From: Saccostrea cucullata | Lineage: Eukaryota | DNA: 64,000 bases | Reading direction: 5' to 3' | NCBI RefSeq assembly: GCF_032062105.1 | Contig: NW_026931334.1 | Location: forward strand, 310,001-374,000 | Part shown: positions 1-12,548 of the stretch, in pieces | Numbering within the stretch: the first letter of the stretch is position 1 | Layout: each line of letters starts with the position of its first letter | The notes under the pieces: generated by a model | What the model was told of the DNA's origin: nothing | What the model saw: only the letters and a program-made list of their open reading frames with translations | Database searches by the model: none | Translations under genes and position numbers: made by a program

Positions 1-332
1 TGTTCCCAAAATAGCACCAATCTGTCAGTGCTTTACATATTCCAAAATAAGTGGTTCATATGTACAGGTACCTGAACAATAGGTACACTTTGTTGAGACT
101 TGAAATAATCTAAACAAAATGCCTCTGAAGGGAATGGTGCTCTACTGGTTGTCCTTAACTAATTACATGTAGGTATAAGATAAATAAAGAAATAAAAGAG
201 ATCACCAGCCCCAAATCCACCTTCAAACTTGATAAATATGCATTATAAACTATTTGTAGTTATAAATCAAACCAAAATATTGAAATGATTAGATGATGGT
301 CTTTGTCACAAATTGTCTCTTAAAACACTTAC

Positions 333-2192
333 CAAAGATTTTTTATATACAGATTCCCACTGACTAGCTTCATCAAAGTACAGCAATACATTCTGTGTCT
401 TGTATTCCTGTAAAGTAACAAAGTATAGCAATACATTCTGTATTTTATATTCCTGTAAAATAACAAAGTACAGCAATACATTCTGTGTTTTGTATTCCTG
501 TAAAATTATAAAGTACAGCAGTACATTCTGTGTTTTATATTCCTGTAAAATAACAAAGTACATGTAGCAATACATTCTGTGTTTTATACCCCCTAAAATC
601 ATATTAATTCTTTAAATGTATTTAATGGAAATAGACTTTTCATGATGTATTGAATTAATGCTAAGGCAAGGATTATTTGTTTTCAAAATATGTGCTTGTA
701 TCTCACTTGCTCAAATAATCAGCAATTGATTACAAACATGTACTATAAAGTAACCTTACTCTATCAATAATTAGGCATCAAATGTAAAATTGCACTAGTA
801 TGCATCACTAGATGTACCTTCTACAAATTCGAAAAAAATAAGCAACAATTTATGCTACAAGTACTTTCTATCTATTTATCCAATATCCATATAAAGAAAA
901 TGTACATGTTGAGCAGCATAGTGTATACATGTTTAAAATTTTCATATTCAAAATGATTGAGTGAATCATTGATCAGAAATCAGAAAACACATCAATATTA
1001 TTAGATACATTAATTTTTAGGGTTTCTTTTAAAAACTTTTTTTGGCACAAAATTATTAATCATTTAATTACTGCATAACTGTCGTAATACATGTAATTTT
1101 GTTTACAAGGCATTATTATTTAAGTTCCTTTACACTAACCCAAAACTTAAATTGAAAACAAAATGAAAAAAAATAGCCAGGATTAACCTTTTCCCGAGAG
1201 AACTCACGCAATCAACGATACACAGTTCTTTAACATTGACAGGGGTATAAGGAATGGTAAAATGTGCCACGTAAAGACCACTGTGTCAATCTATACAATA
1301 ATCCTCTTAAAATAAGAATGAAAATTTAATCCGCTCATCAGACCAACCATAGCTATTCAATTCTACAAAGCAGTTTAACCTTAGCAATATAGCACACTGA
1401 GATCAAACCTATTTATGGAGAAAATTCTTAATACACTAATGATTATTTTGTAATTGTCCTTACACATGTTTGGAATGGTATATTTGACACATTTCAATAA
1501 GATTTCAGTTATTCAATTTGTGAAAAATAATATCAGAAAATGAATACAATTATAATCAGTAAACTTAGTAATTAAAAATAATCATTGAAAGATAAAGGTT
1601 CAGAAACATGCAATAAATCAAGACAATACATTGAACAAAATATTCACTAAGGAAGAAATCATATCTAACTTTTTATTAATACATATTCAGCACAGGGGTT
1701 CTAACTTATCTTTATCTTTTACATTATTTCTATATTAATCAAGTTATTTTAATTGAGCAACAACACCCATTGAATTAAAACAAAAAAGAATATATTTATA
1801 ATTCTGTTTTTCAAATTATTATTTTTAAATTACAATTTAATTTAGTTTCAGAAAAAAATAAAACACTGAACTTACCACTGGGTATTCGAACTCAAATCTT
1901 AGCGATCCTTTGTTTGACAGAAAACAAAATCTTGCTAAAAATTCCCAGTCCTGTAAGAAAAAAAGAAGTATTTTGAACATTTCCAAATTAATGAAACTAC
2001 TAAGTTTAATACGTACTTTGGAAACTTTTACACAGGCTAAACAAAATTGAAGACTTGTGTAAACAAATACAAATCTAAAATTTTCTAAACCTCTTTGGTA
2101 GAAAGTGTTCCTTCCAGCCTCAGACACTTGGCGGGAAAACTGGTTAGCAACAAGAGACAGGCTATTAGTAACAGCAGACGATCCATACCCAT
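333..2192 (-). CDS. TMEM145: Transmembrane protein 145 (GPR180/TMEM145 family), first three coding exons; gene continues past the left window edge
   Basis: Exons 2192-2091 (MGMDRLLLLIACLLLLTSFPAKCLRLEGTLSTKE, signal peptide), 1950-1876 (DWEFLARFCFLSNKGSLRFEFEYPV) and 407-333 (EYKTQNVLLYFDEASQWESVYKKSL), all GT-AG and phase 0. The joined peptide matches the vertebrate TMEM145 N-terminus as I recall it ([31 protein letters not shown]...QNILLYFDDPSQWPAVYK). Confidence 0.9.
375..600. repeat. 45-bp minisatellite (4 full copies plus 1 degenerate) spanning the TMEM145 exon-3 splice acceptor
   Basis: Minus-strand unit tttgttattttacag|GAATAYAARACACAGAATGTATTGCTGTAC; AG|G junctions at 542, 497, 452 and 407. 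Confidence 0.92.
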
Positions 2193-3975
2193 GATGACAG
2201 TCTCGTGATCTAACAACCCTATCTTCTGCCCACCGCCATCCGTGCCTTACTTACTGGGTATTTACACGCTTCGTCGCGTAGAGAAGAGTTAATGAAGCAT
2301 GACACAGGTAAGTCGTTTAAAAAGTAAGAGTAAGTTGTGCGTCTAATAATTCGTTTTGATTATCAACCGGAGTAATTTTTATCTTTTTAAAAATGATTGA
2401 TGGCCTCTATCCAAATTTAGGAAGCAAGACCTTTGACAAATTCAGTAGGACGGGGACGTGCATTACTTACATGTAATTACCTTTAATAACGAGGAGGGTC
2501 GAACAGTGAAGGATCCAGGAATCTTGAAAAAGGGGAGCCCGAGCAGTTTGGGACCGGGGCAGGGTCTACAGCTACACCCCCAACAAATAATTAATTGAAT
2601 CTTATGTATATTTTGGGCACAAAAGGGGACGAGGCCCTCTCTAAATTCAGTGCCGATCCACTTCTTAGAGCCCCCCCCCTTTTAAAATAATAAATGTGTA
2701 CCAGCTTTTTACTGGTTCTTGAATTCTTCTCTTCACATAATGATATATAAAAATAAGAAAATAAAGCATGGTATTAATATAATAAGAAAAGCACCACAAA
2801 GCGAAACACCGTTGCAATATGTAATGATCTTTTAAAAAGATAATATACACAAAATTAAAAAAAAAGTAATGAAATAAATAATAGAATTAATTGGACAAAA
2901 ATTAACCATTTGCCAGTGATTTTACAAAATGTTTTCAATGAAATATATATAGAAAAAATAAAATTATCTTCACTATTGGCACACATCTGTACATACCATC
3001 CTCACAGCTACGTCCTAGTAAGTCAATGTCAATGTGTGCGAGGTATGAGTAGTCGTCGAGGAGTCCTGAGTGAGCATTCGATCCAAATTTCGTCACCTCC
3101 GTTTCGCACAGGACTGATAAACTCACTCATCTTAAAAAAACACACACAACACACTCACAATTTGCGTTACTAAAATCTCATCATCTCCTTTGCGGGAGGA
3201 TAACACGAACAGTGGCGGATCTTGAGGGGTACGGGGTTGTAATTAACCTCCCTTTGGATTCAAAAGAAAAAAAGAATTCCCGAATATATGTTGTGTTTTT
3301 TTCAAAGGAAAATGTCCATGAACAGCTAGGCTTTGAAGTAATGTGTGAAGAAAATTCAGTTGTGAAAAAAATAATCTCTCATTAGATATAGATAGTTGGT
3401 TATTAAGATTTATTATCCAGCTCTTAGCTGCATTTATGTCTTTGCCAAGGATCGGGAAATACAGAAGTCCTCTTCAACTACAAACCATTGGAGATTCTAT
3501 ATAAAGAAGTCTGAGATTAATGACCGTTTGATTGTATACATTAAGTAAAGCTACACCTACTTACAAAAAGTTTACACACTTGATGTATTTTTTATGTGTA
3601 CTCCGTGAAATAATTAGAAAATTGAAGAAAGTAAAATTTTCGCTTTTGCCCCCGAAAAATAAGGAGAAATTTTTTGTTGATATCTAGTATTTTTCCCCTT
3701 TATAGGTAAAAAATTAAAGTAAAATGTCCTGCTCTATTTAATTTCTTGAGAAATATGCAACAATACTTTTAAAGAAATAACTGATATACATTCAACCAAA
3801 TCATATTATATTGTCATGATAACTAGATTGGTTTTATTTCACAAACATTAACTGTTACTATATCCCCTCATGATAACAACTTATTCGCATGCCTGATCAG
3901 CATTAACTTGAGTCGCCGCCATAGTCGCTATCTGTCCAGATTTCATTTGGAATCTACTCCGAAAACTTTACAAAA

Positions 3976-4162
3976 ATGCAATTGAAAGGCAACAGAATTT
4001 TCATGTTCGTTCTAATTTTGGTGCAATGTGCATTTATAATAACTTTTGTGATGTGTATGAAATATGATCCGGCTGCAAGACCAACAATTACAGTGGATGC
4101 CAAAGCAATGTCTGGAGGTCAACCAAGAAGCCAAAGCAACCAATTACAGAAAATTTACCCAA
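3976..4162 (+). CDS. Rh ammonium transporter, distal alternative first coding exon (1a)
   Basis: MQLKGNRIFMFVLILVQCAFIITFVMCMKYD...QLQKIYP follows the Rh TM1 pattern (Q..F...F....Y) plus the loop ending in YP. It ends CCA A|gtaagt (phase 1), which joins TG at 33639 to give YP-M-FQDVH. No other Rh body was found between here and 33639. Confidence 0.78.
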
Positions 4163-6127
4163 GTAAGTCATGATCAAATATAAACTGTTACATGTATATA
4201 ATGAAACCTGTCCCATCATCTCTTTGTCAAAATAACTGAACAACATTGTTTTCAGCATTGGGAAATAAGTTATAATATAACAATGCAGAATAAGAGTATA
4301 AGGTTTAAATTGAGCTATCAGATCATAAAAGACTAAAAAAGATAAACAAAAATAGAGTTTGTGTACTAAAAAAGCACAATGTTGAGGAAGATCAGAGAAC
4401 GAAACTCGTGTACAATGTTGTTAACTCAGTCGAGCGGTCATAACGGTACCATAACGGTCTTTGATGTTGTGAAACCTTCTACAGCCTTTCTTTTCAATAT
4501 ACGAGGTACATTGTACATGTACATCAGTGGAAATTTTTATAATCTTAATATAAAATTTTATATAACCGTGTTTGCACCACTACATGTACTTACTTAGGAT
4601 TTGACTCTATGTTTAATAAAAAGACAATCACCAAAAGATAAAATAAATTTGCGTTATCAGAATATTATTACAATGTATTTATAGACTGGTATTACATGCA
4701 CATATATTTCATCTTAATTGACAAGAGATTTGTTACTGTACCTCCTTAGATTTAATATACAAGATTATTTGATACTCCGAAGCCAATAATTATGCAGTTC
4801 AGCATGAAATGAAGTTTTAAAAGAAACAAGCAAATTAACCAAATTTTTAGAATGTTCAACTGTTGTAACAAAGTCAAAGGGTTAAATAATGAAAGATTTA
4901 AAGTTTGGTCAAGGTTAAATTTTTTCATAAGTATATCAGCCAAAAGAGTTTGTTAAAATAAATTTCCACAAAGAATACATATGTTAAATATATCAGTATA
5001 TATTCAAAATTTGTGACCAACAATGTATTTATACTCCAAGGTCAAGGTAAAAGGGTATGGTATCCAATTAAAGGCACAAAAATATATTTCAGCCCTTCGT
5101 TTAAAAGTTATGGTCAAGGTTAAAGATTTGTTTCAAAGTTGTTGGTATTCAATGAAATGTCTTGTCACAAAGAATACATATGTGGAATGTGAAACAAGCC
5201 CTTCAAAAGTTATTTAAAATATATGGTCCAAGGTCAAGGTCAAATTTGGTGGTTGAGAAAGGTCTTATCATAAGGAATACACATGTGAAATATGAAAGCT
5301 AGCTCCACTAAATCAAAAGTTATGCAGTTTTTGTTCAGCATGAAATGTAGTTTTAAAAGAAATAATTAAGTGTATATACCGATTCAGTATGGTGATACCA
5401 TAAGGTTCTGATTATAATGTTTTTTAAAACAATTAAACGTGAAAACGATATGAGAACGAGCTCTGATCAATCTCACTATATATATGCATTAACTGTGAAT
5501 TGTTAATGTGGTAAAAACTCGGACCCCTTGATACCAGAAGTTGGATTAGTTGCCTATAGAAGGATAAAGCAGCCCCTGTACACCGGTCACAATCGCCACA
5601 AGCCTCTGTATTAATCAGGTAAGGAGTTGTCTGTGTTGAAGCTTGGTATGAAAACCAATTGTTGTAAAACTTGCCAGTGGAAATAAGACCAAAGCATTAA
5701 GGCTGCATTATATTCAAAAGTCACACCTTGATAAAACCAGGATTGATGCTGGGAGTCCAGTAATGCCAACTTATTTATCAGTAGTGTGCCTTGGTTAAAA
5801 AATCGATCGTAATCACAACATGGTCTTGGAACCTTTAAGAACGTATAAACATAATTCAGAGTACATCTGTTCTGAGAAGGCTTTTTATACTCTTATATGA
5901 CTATACAATGAATTTATACATATGTACGATGAAAATTGTGTTAATCAGAAAACAGTTTACACACCAACTTGGAAATATGGAAAATTTTATTCAAAGAAAG
6001 AATAAGATACTAAGTATTTATTCACAACATCTTCATACAAAATTCAAACATTTGCTTAAAAAATGTCAATTCATGTCTGAGAGTATTAATACAGGATCAT
6101 TATCTGATTCACTATACAGCTGTAACA

Positions 6128-6679
6128 TTAATCATGCAGAGCAAATGTTGGCCCAGACATCACAAAACAAAACAAACAATAGAAGAGACTACCTAAAGTC
6201 ACAGAAAAGGTCATCATAAAGCCAAACATTCTTTTAAGAGGCTCTCTGACATAGCCTACCCAGAATGCAACACGTCCAATCACAAATAAGATAGAACACA
6301 ATGGGATGATGGCAAGTGACTCTGACGTCAGATAAGTGCAGAGCACGAGCTGTCCAATTACGTGAAGACAAAGTTGTTCAGTGGTGTTCCGAAGGTACTT
6401 CTGTTGTGTCTCCACAATGTGCTCCCCCCGTCCCAACACTGGATTTATTGCAGAACTTTGAAAACGCAGATACATAACAGACATAACACCAAATAAAAGC
6501 ATGGAGGCAGGGAACATTTGCCAACGCAGGGTATACACCAATCTCACAAGAACGGAGTCTGCAGAGGGGGTGGAGAACGGAAACACGAGATATCCGATAG
6601 AACTAAACAAAACAGTAAAGATCATCCCAGCCAGCCCTGTCCTCACAACAAACTGGCGATCTTCAGGGAAAGAACGCAT
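6128..6679 (-). CDS. TMEM79-like MAPEG-family membrane protein, paralogue 1 (183 aa from the ATG at 6679)
   Basis: Single-exon ORF with several hydrophobic helices. Motifs RLVYTLRW, AINP..G.GE, LRNTTEQ, LCTYL, GRVAFWVGY...KRMFGF resemble TMEM79 and MAPEG proteins. The ORF-track start at 6703 is GTG; the first in-frame ATG is at 6679. Confidence 0.85.
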   Translation of the reverse strand: MRSFPEDRQFVVRTGLAGMIFTVLFSSIGYLVFPFSTPSADSVLVRLVYTLRWQMFPASMLLFGVMSVMYLRFQSSAINPVLGRGEHIVETQQKYLRNTTEQLCLHVIGQLVLCTYLTSESLAIIPLCSILFVIGRVAFWVGYVREPLKRMFGFMMTFSVTLGSLFYCLFCFVMSGPTFALHD

Positions 6680-7334
6680 GATCACAATCCCACGTGGACT
6701 CACGAGCGGTCAGGCATTTTCATCCAGTCCTTCAAACTGCTTTTTTTATTTAAAAATACTTCATTTTGATTTAATGTTCATATGTCATTTCTTCATGTTT
6801 CTAATATCACAGACATCCAGGCTTCATTAGTTCAAGAATATACCGGTATAGGATTCAATATATAATCCATTTTCACTACATACGCTTTGTTTGTTTTGGG
6901 GGGATTCTTAATCTAAATATAACATGTTTTACCTGAGTGACACAGGTATTTACAGAAAGACAGGGCTGGGGCCTACAGGCAGGGACTCTTAAGCGAATTG
7001 AATATAACTTAATAGGGGTTCGTTTCTCTTGAAGAGTAAAAAAAGACTGTGGAATAATGTTTTCATTGACATATAGTATTCACAATAAATTCAACCCGTA
7101 CATTCTAACATCAATAGATACTACTAGATAGATACCACACAGCAATAGTGTCTAAAATGAAGATTTTCACAATTAAGATATTTAATGTCATCAAAATGTA
7201 AGAAAATATCTTACTTTAGAGTGATACCTTAGTTGCAGTCAGACAAATATGAACAGACAAATATGACAAAAATGAACTTAGTACATGAACTAAGGCTCAA
7301 TATATTCGCAACAAAAACTAAGAAACTACGAGGA

Positions 7335-7895
7335 TCAAAATACCATGATGTTTTTGATGATGCGATACAAACAGTATAAATAAGTTAAAAAGATTGGCAT
7401 CGCCGTCCCACTCATACCCACGGCTCTATTTAAAGGTGAGCTGAGATACCCCCACCAAAACAGCAAACGGAAAATCACAAAGATCACCGACAAGATGGGA
7501 AGGACTTTAAGGGAATCTTCATCTAGAAATGTACAAAGGGTCAGCATAGCCACTGCATGCATTATGTACTGCTCTATAGTGTTCCTGAGAATCCTGTTTG
7601 GTACATCCACGATGTCCTCACCGCCGCCTTTGACGGGGTCGATTGCTGTCGTGTTGAAACGTGCATTTCCAACGGATTGGAGAATCAGCGGAATCGGAAG
7701 TGAGGACACGAAGAGACAGCGGATTGTTAAGATAAATCTGTCCACGGGAGACTGAGCCTGTATCGCTGGTAGTGGCAGGAAGTAGTAGGCCCCTAGGAAG
7801 AGAGTGGCACACAAAGTCAGACCCGCCATGATCTGTTTACGGATCCAGTCTTTACTCTCTTTTGGAGCTTTTCTTGTTGCTGATTTCTCAGGCAT
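7335..7895 (-). CDS. TMEM79-like MAPEG-family membrane protein, paralogue 2 (186 aa)
   Basis: GAYYFLPL, RFILTIRC, AIDPVKGGGE, NRILRNTIEQ, LCTFLDEDSLKVLPILS, RLLFWWGY...NRAVG. Likely 5'UTR intron at 7909-8031. Confidence 0.9.
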   Translation of the reverse strand: MPEKSATRKAPKESKDWIRKQIMAGLTLCATLFLGAYYFLPLPAIQAQSPVDRFILTIRCLFVSSLPIPLILQSVGNARFNTTAIDPVKGGGEDIVDVPNRILRNTIEQYIMHAVAMLTLCTFLDEDSLKVLPILSVIFVIFRLLFWWGYLSSPLNRAVGMSGTAMPIFLTYLYCLYRIIKNIMVF

Positions 7896-9803
7896 CTTTT
7901 ACTATAATCTGTATGAAAAAAATTGATATGGTAAAAAAGCCTTTAATTTTTTTCTTACAAACGCTACCCATAACGTTATAATACATCCTTTTTAGATTTT
8001 TAAACAGAAGACGCACGCTGTCGTAGATTACCTTGGAATATCAATATGTTGTCAGGTTTAACTTTCAGAATATTTCATTCCTCCCGGTTCTATAAACAGG
8101 TATTGAGATTGCTTGTACTGGAGGGGCTAGTGTATATGGCCGAGTTAATATGGCTAACACCGGTACAAAGTCAACAAACTCATATCCGTTATCAATAGCT
8201 TTTAAATCTCCTTATTTACTTGAGGAAGACAAACGTAGTACCCAACCAAAGAAAAACCGATTTTTTTTTTACCATATCTGACATACACTTTGTGAAATAA
8301 TTGTCAGGCTTATACTATATGATGTGACGTTCTATTTCTCCTAATTTGACAAAGATGATGAATTGCACATTAAGCACATGTATACATATATTTTAGTTTA
8401 GCATAATTTTATGTAAACTTAAATGGCCCACTAAAGCTACACAATTTCAAAACAGACTTCCAATATCATGATTATCACTGTGTGCACCTATTTGTACTTT
8501 CTCTGATTATATTCATATTTCAAAATGTTCATGAGAAGGTTTTTCATTTAACAAATTGAAATAAGGTTAAATCCGGATCATCTGGTACTTGTGACTTTAT
8601 GTTCTATTAATCTGTAATCAAGCTTTAATTACACTGCATGAAATTGGTCATTATGTAGAAAGAGGTAAAAACGTAACCCAGAGTAGCACATATGTAAGCT
8701 TTAATATAGTCTTTTTACTACAAATGTAGTCAGTTTTCCTAAAACAGGCCATAATTCCGTCCAAAATAAATCATCAAAACGGAAAGATGGAAATGCACAC
8801 TTGGTACAACTTTAATACATTGTAGTTATTCCAGTATAACTTGGTAGCTATTTATTTCATTCCTAAATAATATGCATTCTTGTAAAAATTATGACAAAAT
8901 TACATGATGTGAAAGATATCATGCAGTACATGTATAAGGCTACTGACAAATAAGATAAAATTGCAAACCTTTCAAAAATGTTTTACAATTCATTATAAAA
9001 TACTATATATTTGTAAAAATGACCTTGTTTACAAGTAAAACATATAGTACTGACGTAAATTAATTTCGACTTTGGTTTAATAACTCCTATTACCTGATCA
9101 ATGTAGAGGAGCTCGCGGCGGATACTCCAGATTGATAAGGGATGCTTACTTCTCCTAGGTACCGGATTCCAACTCTGATATTTCTAGAGGTTGTTTTTGA
9201 ATGTTATAGATCATTTAGATTATTTAGTTGAACAGTTCGCTTCTTATTTTCTATACCTATGCAGATAAACGCAATATTTAACTGCAGTAAATACAAGATT
9301 AGTTGTCATGTTGTAAATTTTCTATTTACTGCCACCCGGTGTAAATTCAAAATTTACAACATGACATTACCATATAAGGTTACTTCAGTGAATACTGTTG
9401 TTTTTCCTTCACAGCATGGAAAACTATGGTTGTCAGTATCCTCCATGTTTTAAATATAATCCAAACTTATGTCAAAAGCTAGTCACTCTGAGTTTGCAAA
9501 TATGTGCCGTTTTTATAGGTTACTCAAACATAAGGTATGTAATTTACGTCACATTTACAGATGTCAAAATAATTTTAGAAGTAGTGAAGTCTTTTGATTG
9601 AATTCTTATGATAATTTTGCTGAGTCATTCAATTTTTTATGATATTAAAAATAACAGATATATAAACCTTATATAATCATAATACCCGAGGGCAATAATG
9701 GGGAATATGAATTTTCATGGACAAAGAAATCATATTGTAATTATTGTATTTACTACCACCCAGGTAAATTAAAAAATAACAATAAGTCAGATCTCAAATA
9801 ATA

Positions 9804-10376
9804 CTAAAGTATACCATATACATTCATTATCTTTGTCAGAATGCAAAATGTGCAATAAATGTATACAACCAGTGTAGGTATAAATGTGCTAGCAAACCCC
9901 CACCCCCTGTTCATTGGAGAGGACATGTACCCATACTGATATACAATTCTAGCCATCAGGAATATCCCTGAAAGAATGGGAATAACCCTCATAGAACTGC
10001 CCTCCAGAAACAGAGTCAATGTTAACATCGCCATCATATGTAGAAAGAACTGCTCCGTTGTGTTCCGAAGGATGCGGTTTGGGACGTCCACGAGATTTTC
10101 AGCCCCGCCATACACCGGATCAATGGCGTCCGTGTTACCTCGGACGTTACCGACCCCAATGATCCCCATTATTATGGAAAACGAGGAGACAAACAAACAA
10201 CATATCGTAAAGGCTAATCTCTCGGACAGCTCGGTGATTTTAGAGGTGTTGATGTTGAGAAGCCAGTAGCTGAAGAAAAAGACGGAGCCACTGACAATTA
10301 ATGAAGTCACTATCTGCATTTGGACACGTGTTTTCTTTTCCCGGAATGTTCTCTTGTCCTTCTGTTTGTCCGACAT
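9804..10376 (-). CDS. TMEM79-like MAPEG-family membrane protein, paralogue 3 (190 aa)
   Basis: RLAFTICC, AIDPVYGGAE, NRILRNTTEQ, ARIVYQYGY...NRGWGF. Likely 5'UTR intron at about 10392-10533. Confidence 0.9.
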   Translation of the reverse strand: MSDKQKDKRTFREKKTRVQMQIVTSLIVSGSVFFFSYWLLNINTSKITELSERLAFTICCLFVSSFSIIMGIIGVGNVRGNTDAIDPVYGGAENLVDVPNRILRNTTEQFFLHMMAMLTLTLFLEGSSMRVIPILSGIFLMARIVYQYGYMSSPMNRGWGFASTFIPTLVVYIYCTFCILTKIMNVYGIL

Positions 10377-10829
10377 GTTTTCTTCTGGCTGCTAAAATTT
10401 AGAACATTCAAAAGAAGCGAACAAACAAACACAAAATAAGATCAGCCTGCTACACGTGTTGTTATTATTTTCATATCAAGTAGTGAACAATACATACCTC
10501 CATTGAAACATGCATACGTTAAATTAAGCTTACCTTATTCTGTTCTATGCTATGTGTCTCATTAATATTCGTACACTATTTCTACGGTCAACAGTTTTGG
10601 CTATGAATGTGAAAACGGCGGAATGGCTTTAATGACCCATATCAGCAATGTAGGAAACACCTCAGACAATACTAAGGGTCCTGAATGAAGTGACTTGAAT
10701 CACACTTTCAAGGATTATGCACTTGCTTCGGCTGTTTGATCGTACATTTTGGGGAGGAATGGTGACTTGATAAATGTATTTGATATTAAGAGTCTTAATG
10801 ACTGCAAATGGTAGATGAAACATAAGGAG

Positions 10830-11330
10830 ATAACGAACATCAAAAGTCTATAAGAAAATACAAAACAGGAGCTGAGCAAATACGGACCTCCAAACATCAG
10901 AGGTGGGATCAGGTGCCATGGAGGAGTGAGCATCCCCTGCCGAACGGTCACACCAGCTGTATACTCCTTGTCATGATCGGGAAATGACGGGAAAATCCGT
11001 TGACAATTCAGTGTATAAATAATAGACTAACAATTACTGTTAAAAACGTCAGTCAGCATTTGACTCAATGATAATAAATTGTATTTGCTGACTAGGTCAT
11101 TGTTTCGGCTATAGAACTTACGAAATGATGACTAAACGAGACTGCTGATATTCTAGATTCATCAACTTGTTTGTCTCGTTTTAAAAATTGTTCATACGTA
11201 GAGCATGCTCTTGCGTATCGAATCAACTGAGATATATAAATTCCGTATGCAGATAATGAAGGTATATTGCTGCATAAGTAAGGGCAAATGACGATAGAAA
11301 AGATCTGACCTAATTTTTATGGGTAACTTA
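10830..11330 (-). mobile_element. 3' end of a Penelope-like retroelement (decayed RT C-terminus plus 3' region)
   Basis: A minus frame at about 11175-11310 reads FSIVICPYLCSNIPSLSAYGIYISQLIRYARACSTYEQFLKR, typical of the PLE-type RT C-terminus. It is followed by caggggatgctcactcctccatggcacctgatcccacctctg, which recurs elsewhere in the window. Confidence 0.7.
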
Positions 11331-12339
11331 ACAGATATACTTTTTAGAAGCCTGTTTCTGTTTGCAAAGTTCAAACTTGCAGGGATGATACATCTATGAA
11401 TGGACACCACCAGACGTGGATGCTGGATCTGACCTTCAGATCCTTAATGAGTGAGTAGGTAGCAGAGGAAGTTCTGTCAATAGTTTTTTAGTGTACAAAT
11501 CCTTAGAAAATCAACCTTGCATCCTATAGGTCTACTTGGTACTACTTGGAAATATATACTTGCTTCTAAAACTTTAAAGTGGTCACTCATCCGGAAAATA
11601 AGTCAGATCAAGCAAGTCTGGAAGTGGGCATCACTGGATACAGCATTCAGGCAAGTGTGATGGGAAGTGGACACGCTCCAGGACACCGACAAAACACCGA
11701 TATAATTATTATAGTTCACTTTATATCGACTTTGTTGAGGTGAACTCAGAGTCGAGTTTATGGATTTTAATAGCAATATATTTGTAACCTAAGAGAAATT
11801 ACAAGTACCATTTATGCCGTATACAATGTAGCTCAACGAACTTGGGGGAAGTCCATGTGATGCCGTCGGTATAGGCGTCCAAGGTTAACGTTTTTGATGC
11901 AGTTTTCATTTTTAGTACTTATTTGCCCTACATTAGTCAGAGATGCATGTAAGATACTTCTAGTGTGTTTCATTGTACCAGCAAAGGTTTCTGATGCTGT
12001 GATTTCAGTAAAAGGAGTGAACAGATTAAAGTGTTTCCTAAACTTACATGGATGATACCGGTACTTCTAAGGATGCACACTACCGCTTCGGATGCTTTTT
12101 TTGAATGAGTTTTTGGAAAAGATTCAATCAAAAGTAACTATAAGCCCTATGATGACAAAACTTGCATGATGATGAATCCAAGGAAGATTACTAACGGACT
12201 TGCTTCGGATGCTGGATTTTACCTACATTTTCGGATGAGTAGTCAGGTAAAAGTCTTAAAAGTTGGTTGATTTCCAAGTAATTATAAGCCCTATGTTGAT
12301 CAAACTTGCATGGATGATAATTCTAAGGATGTAGTTGCC

Positions 12340-12548
12340 CATGTGACACAGTAACTAAAGCATCTGCTCTAGAGTCGCGAAGTAAGGAGTTGATCCTTAA
12401 GTCGTAGGTTCGAATCCCACTGTGGAACGAGGAAATCGGTCTATGGATGAGACCATGTAAACCGAGGTCGCAGTAACTGCTGGCACAAAAAAATTCCTCA
12501 CTGCTCAATGACTCCGAGTGCCGAGTAAAGGACAAAATTTGCAGCTCT
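12340..12548 (+). mobile_element. tRNA-derived SINE with Deu/Nin-like central domain (3'-truncated)
   Basis: B box ggttcgaatccc, followed by ggatgagaccatgtaaaccgaggtc; homologous to the copies at 15575, 18535 and 24775. Confidence 0.7.

Noticed and set aside
306-602. 98-aa repetitive ORF as a stand-alone gene
   Set aside because: It is TMEM145 exon 3 plus the acceptor-spanning minisatellite.
9398-9601. Possible third Rh first exon or internal cassette exon (good acceptor, YPP motif)
   Set aside because: No TM1-like hydrophobic helix before YP and no phase-1 donor after it.
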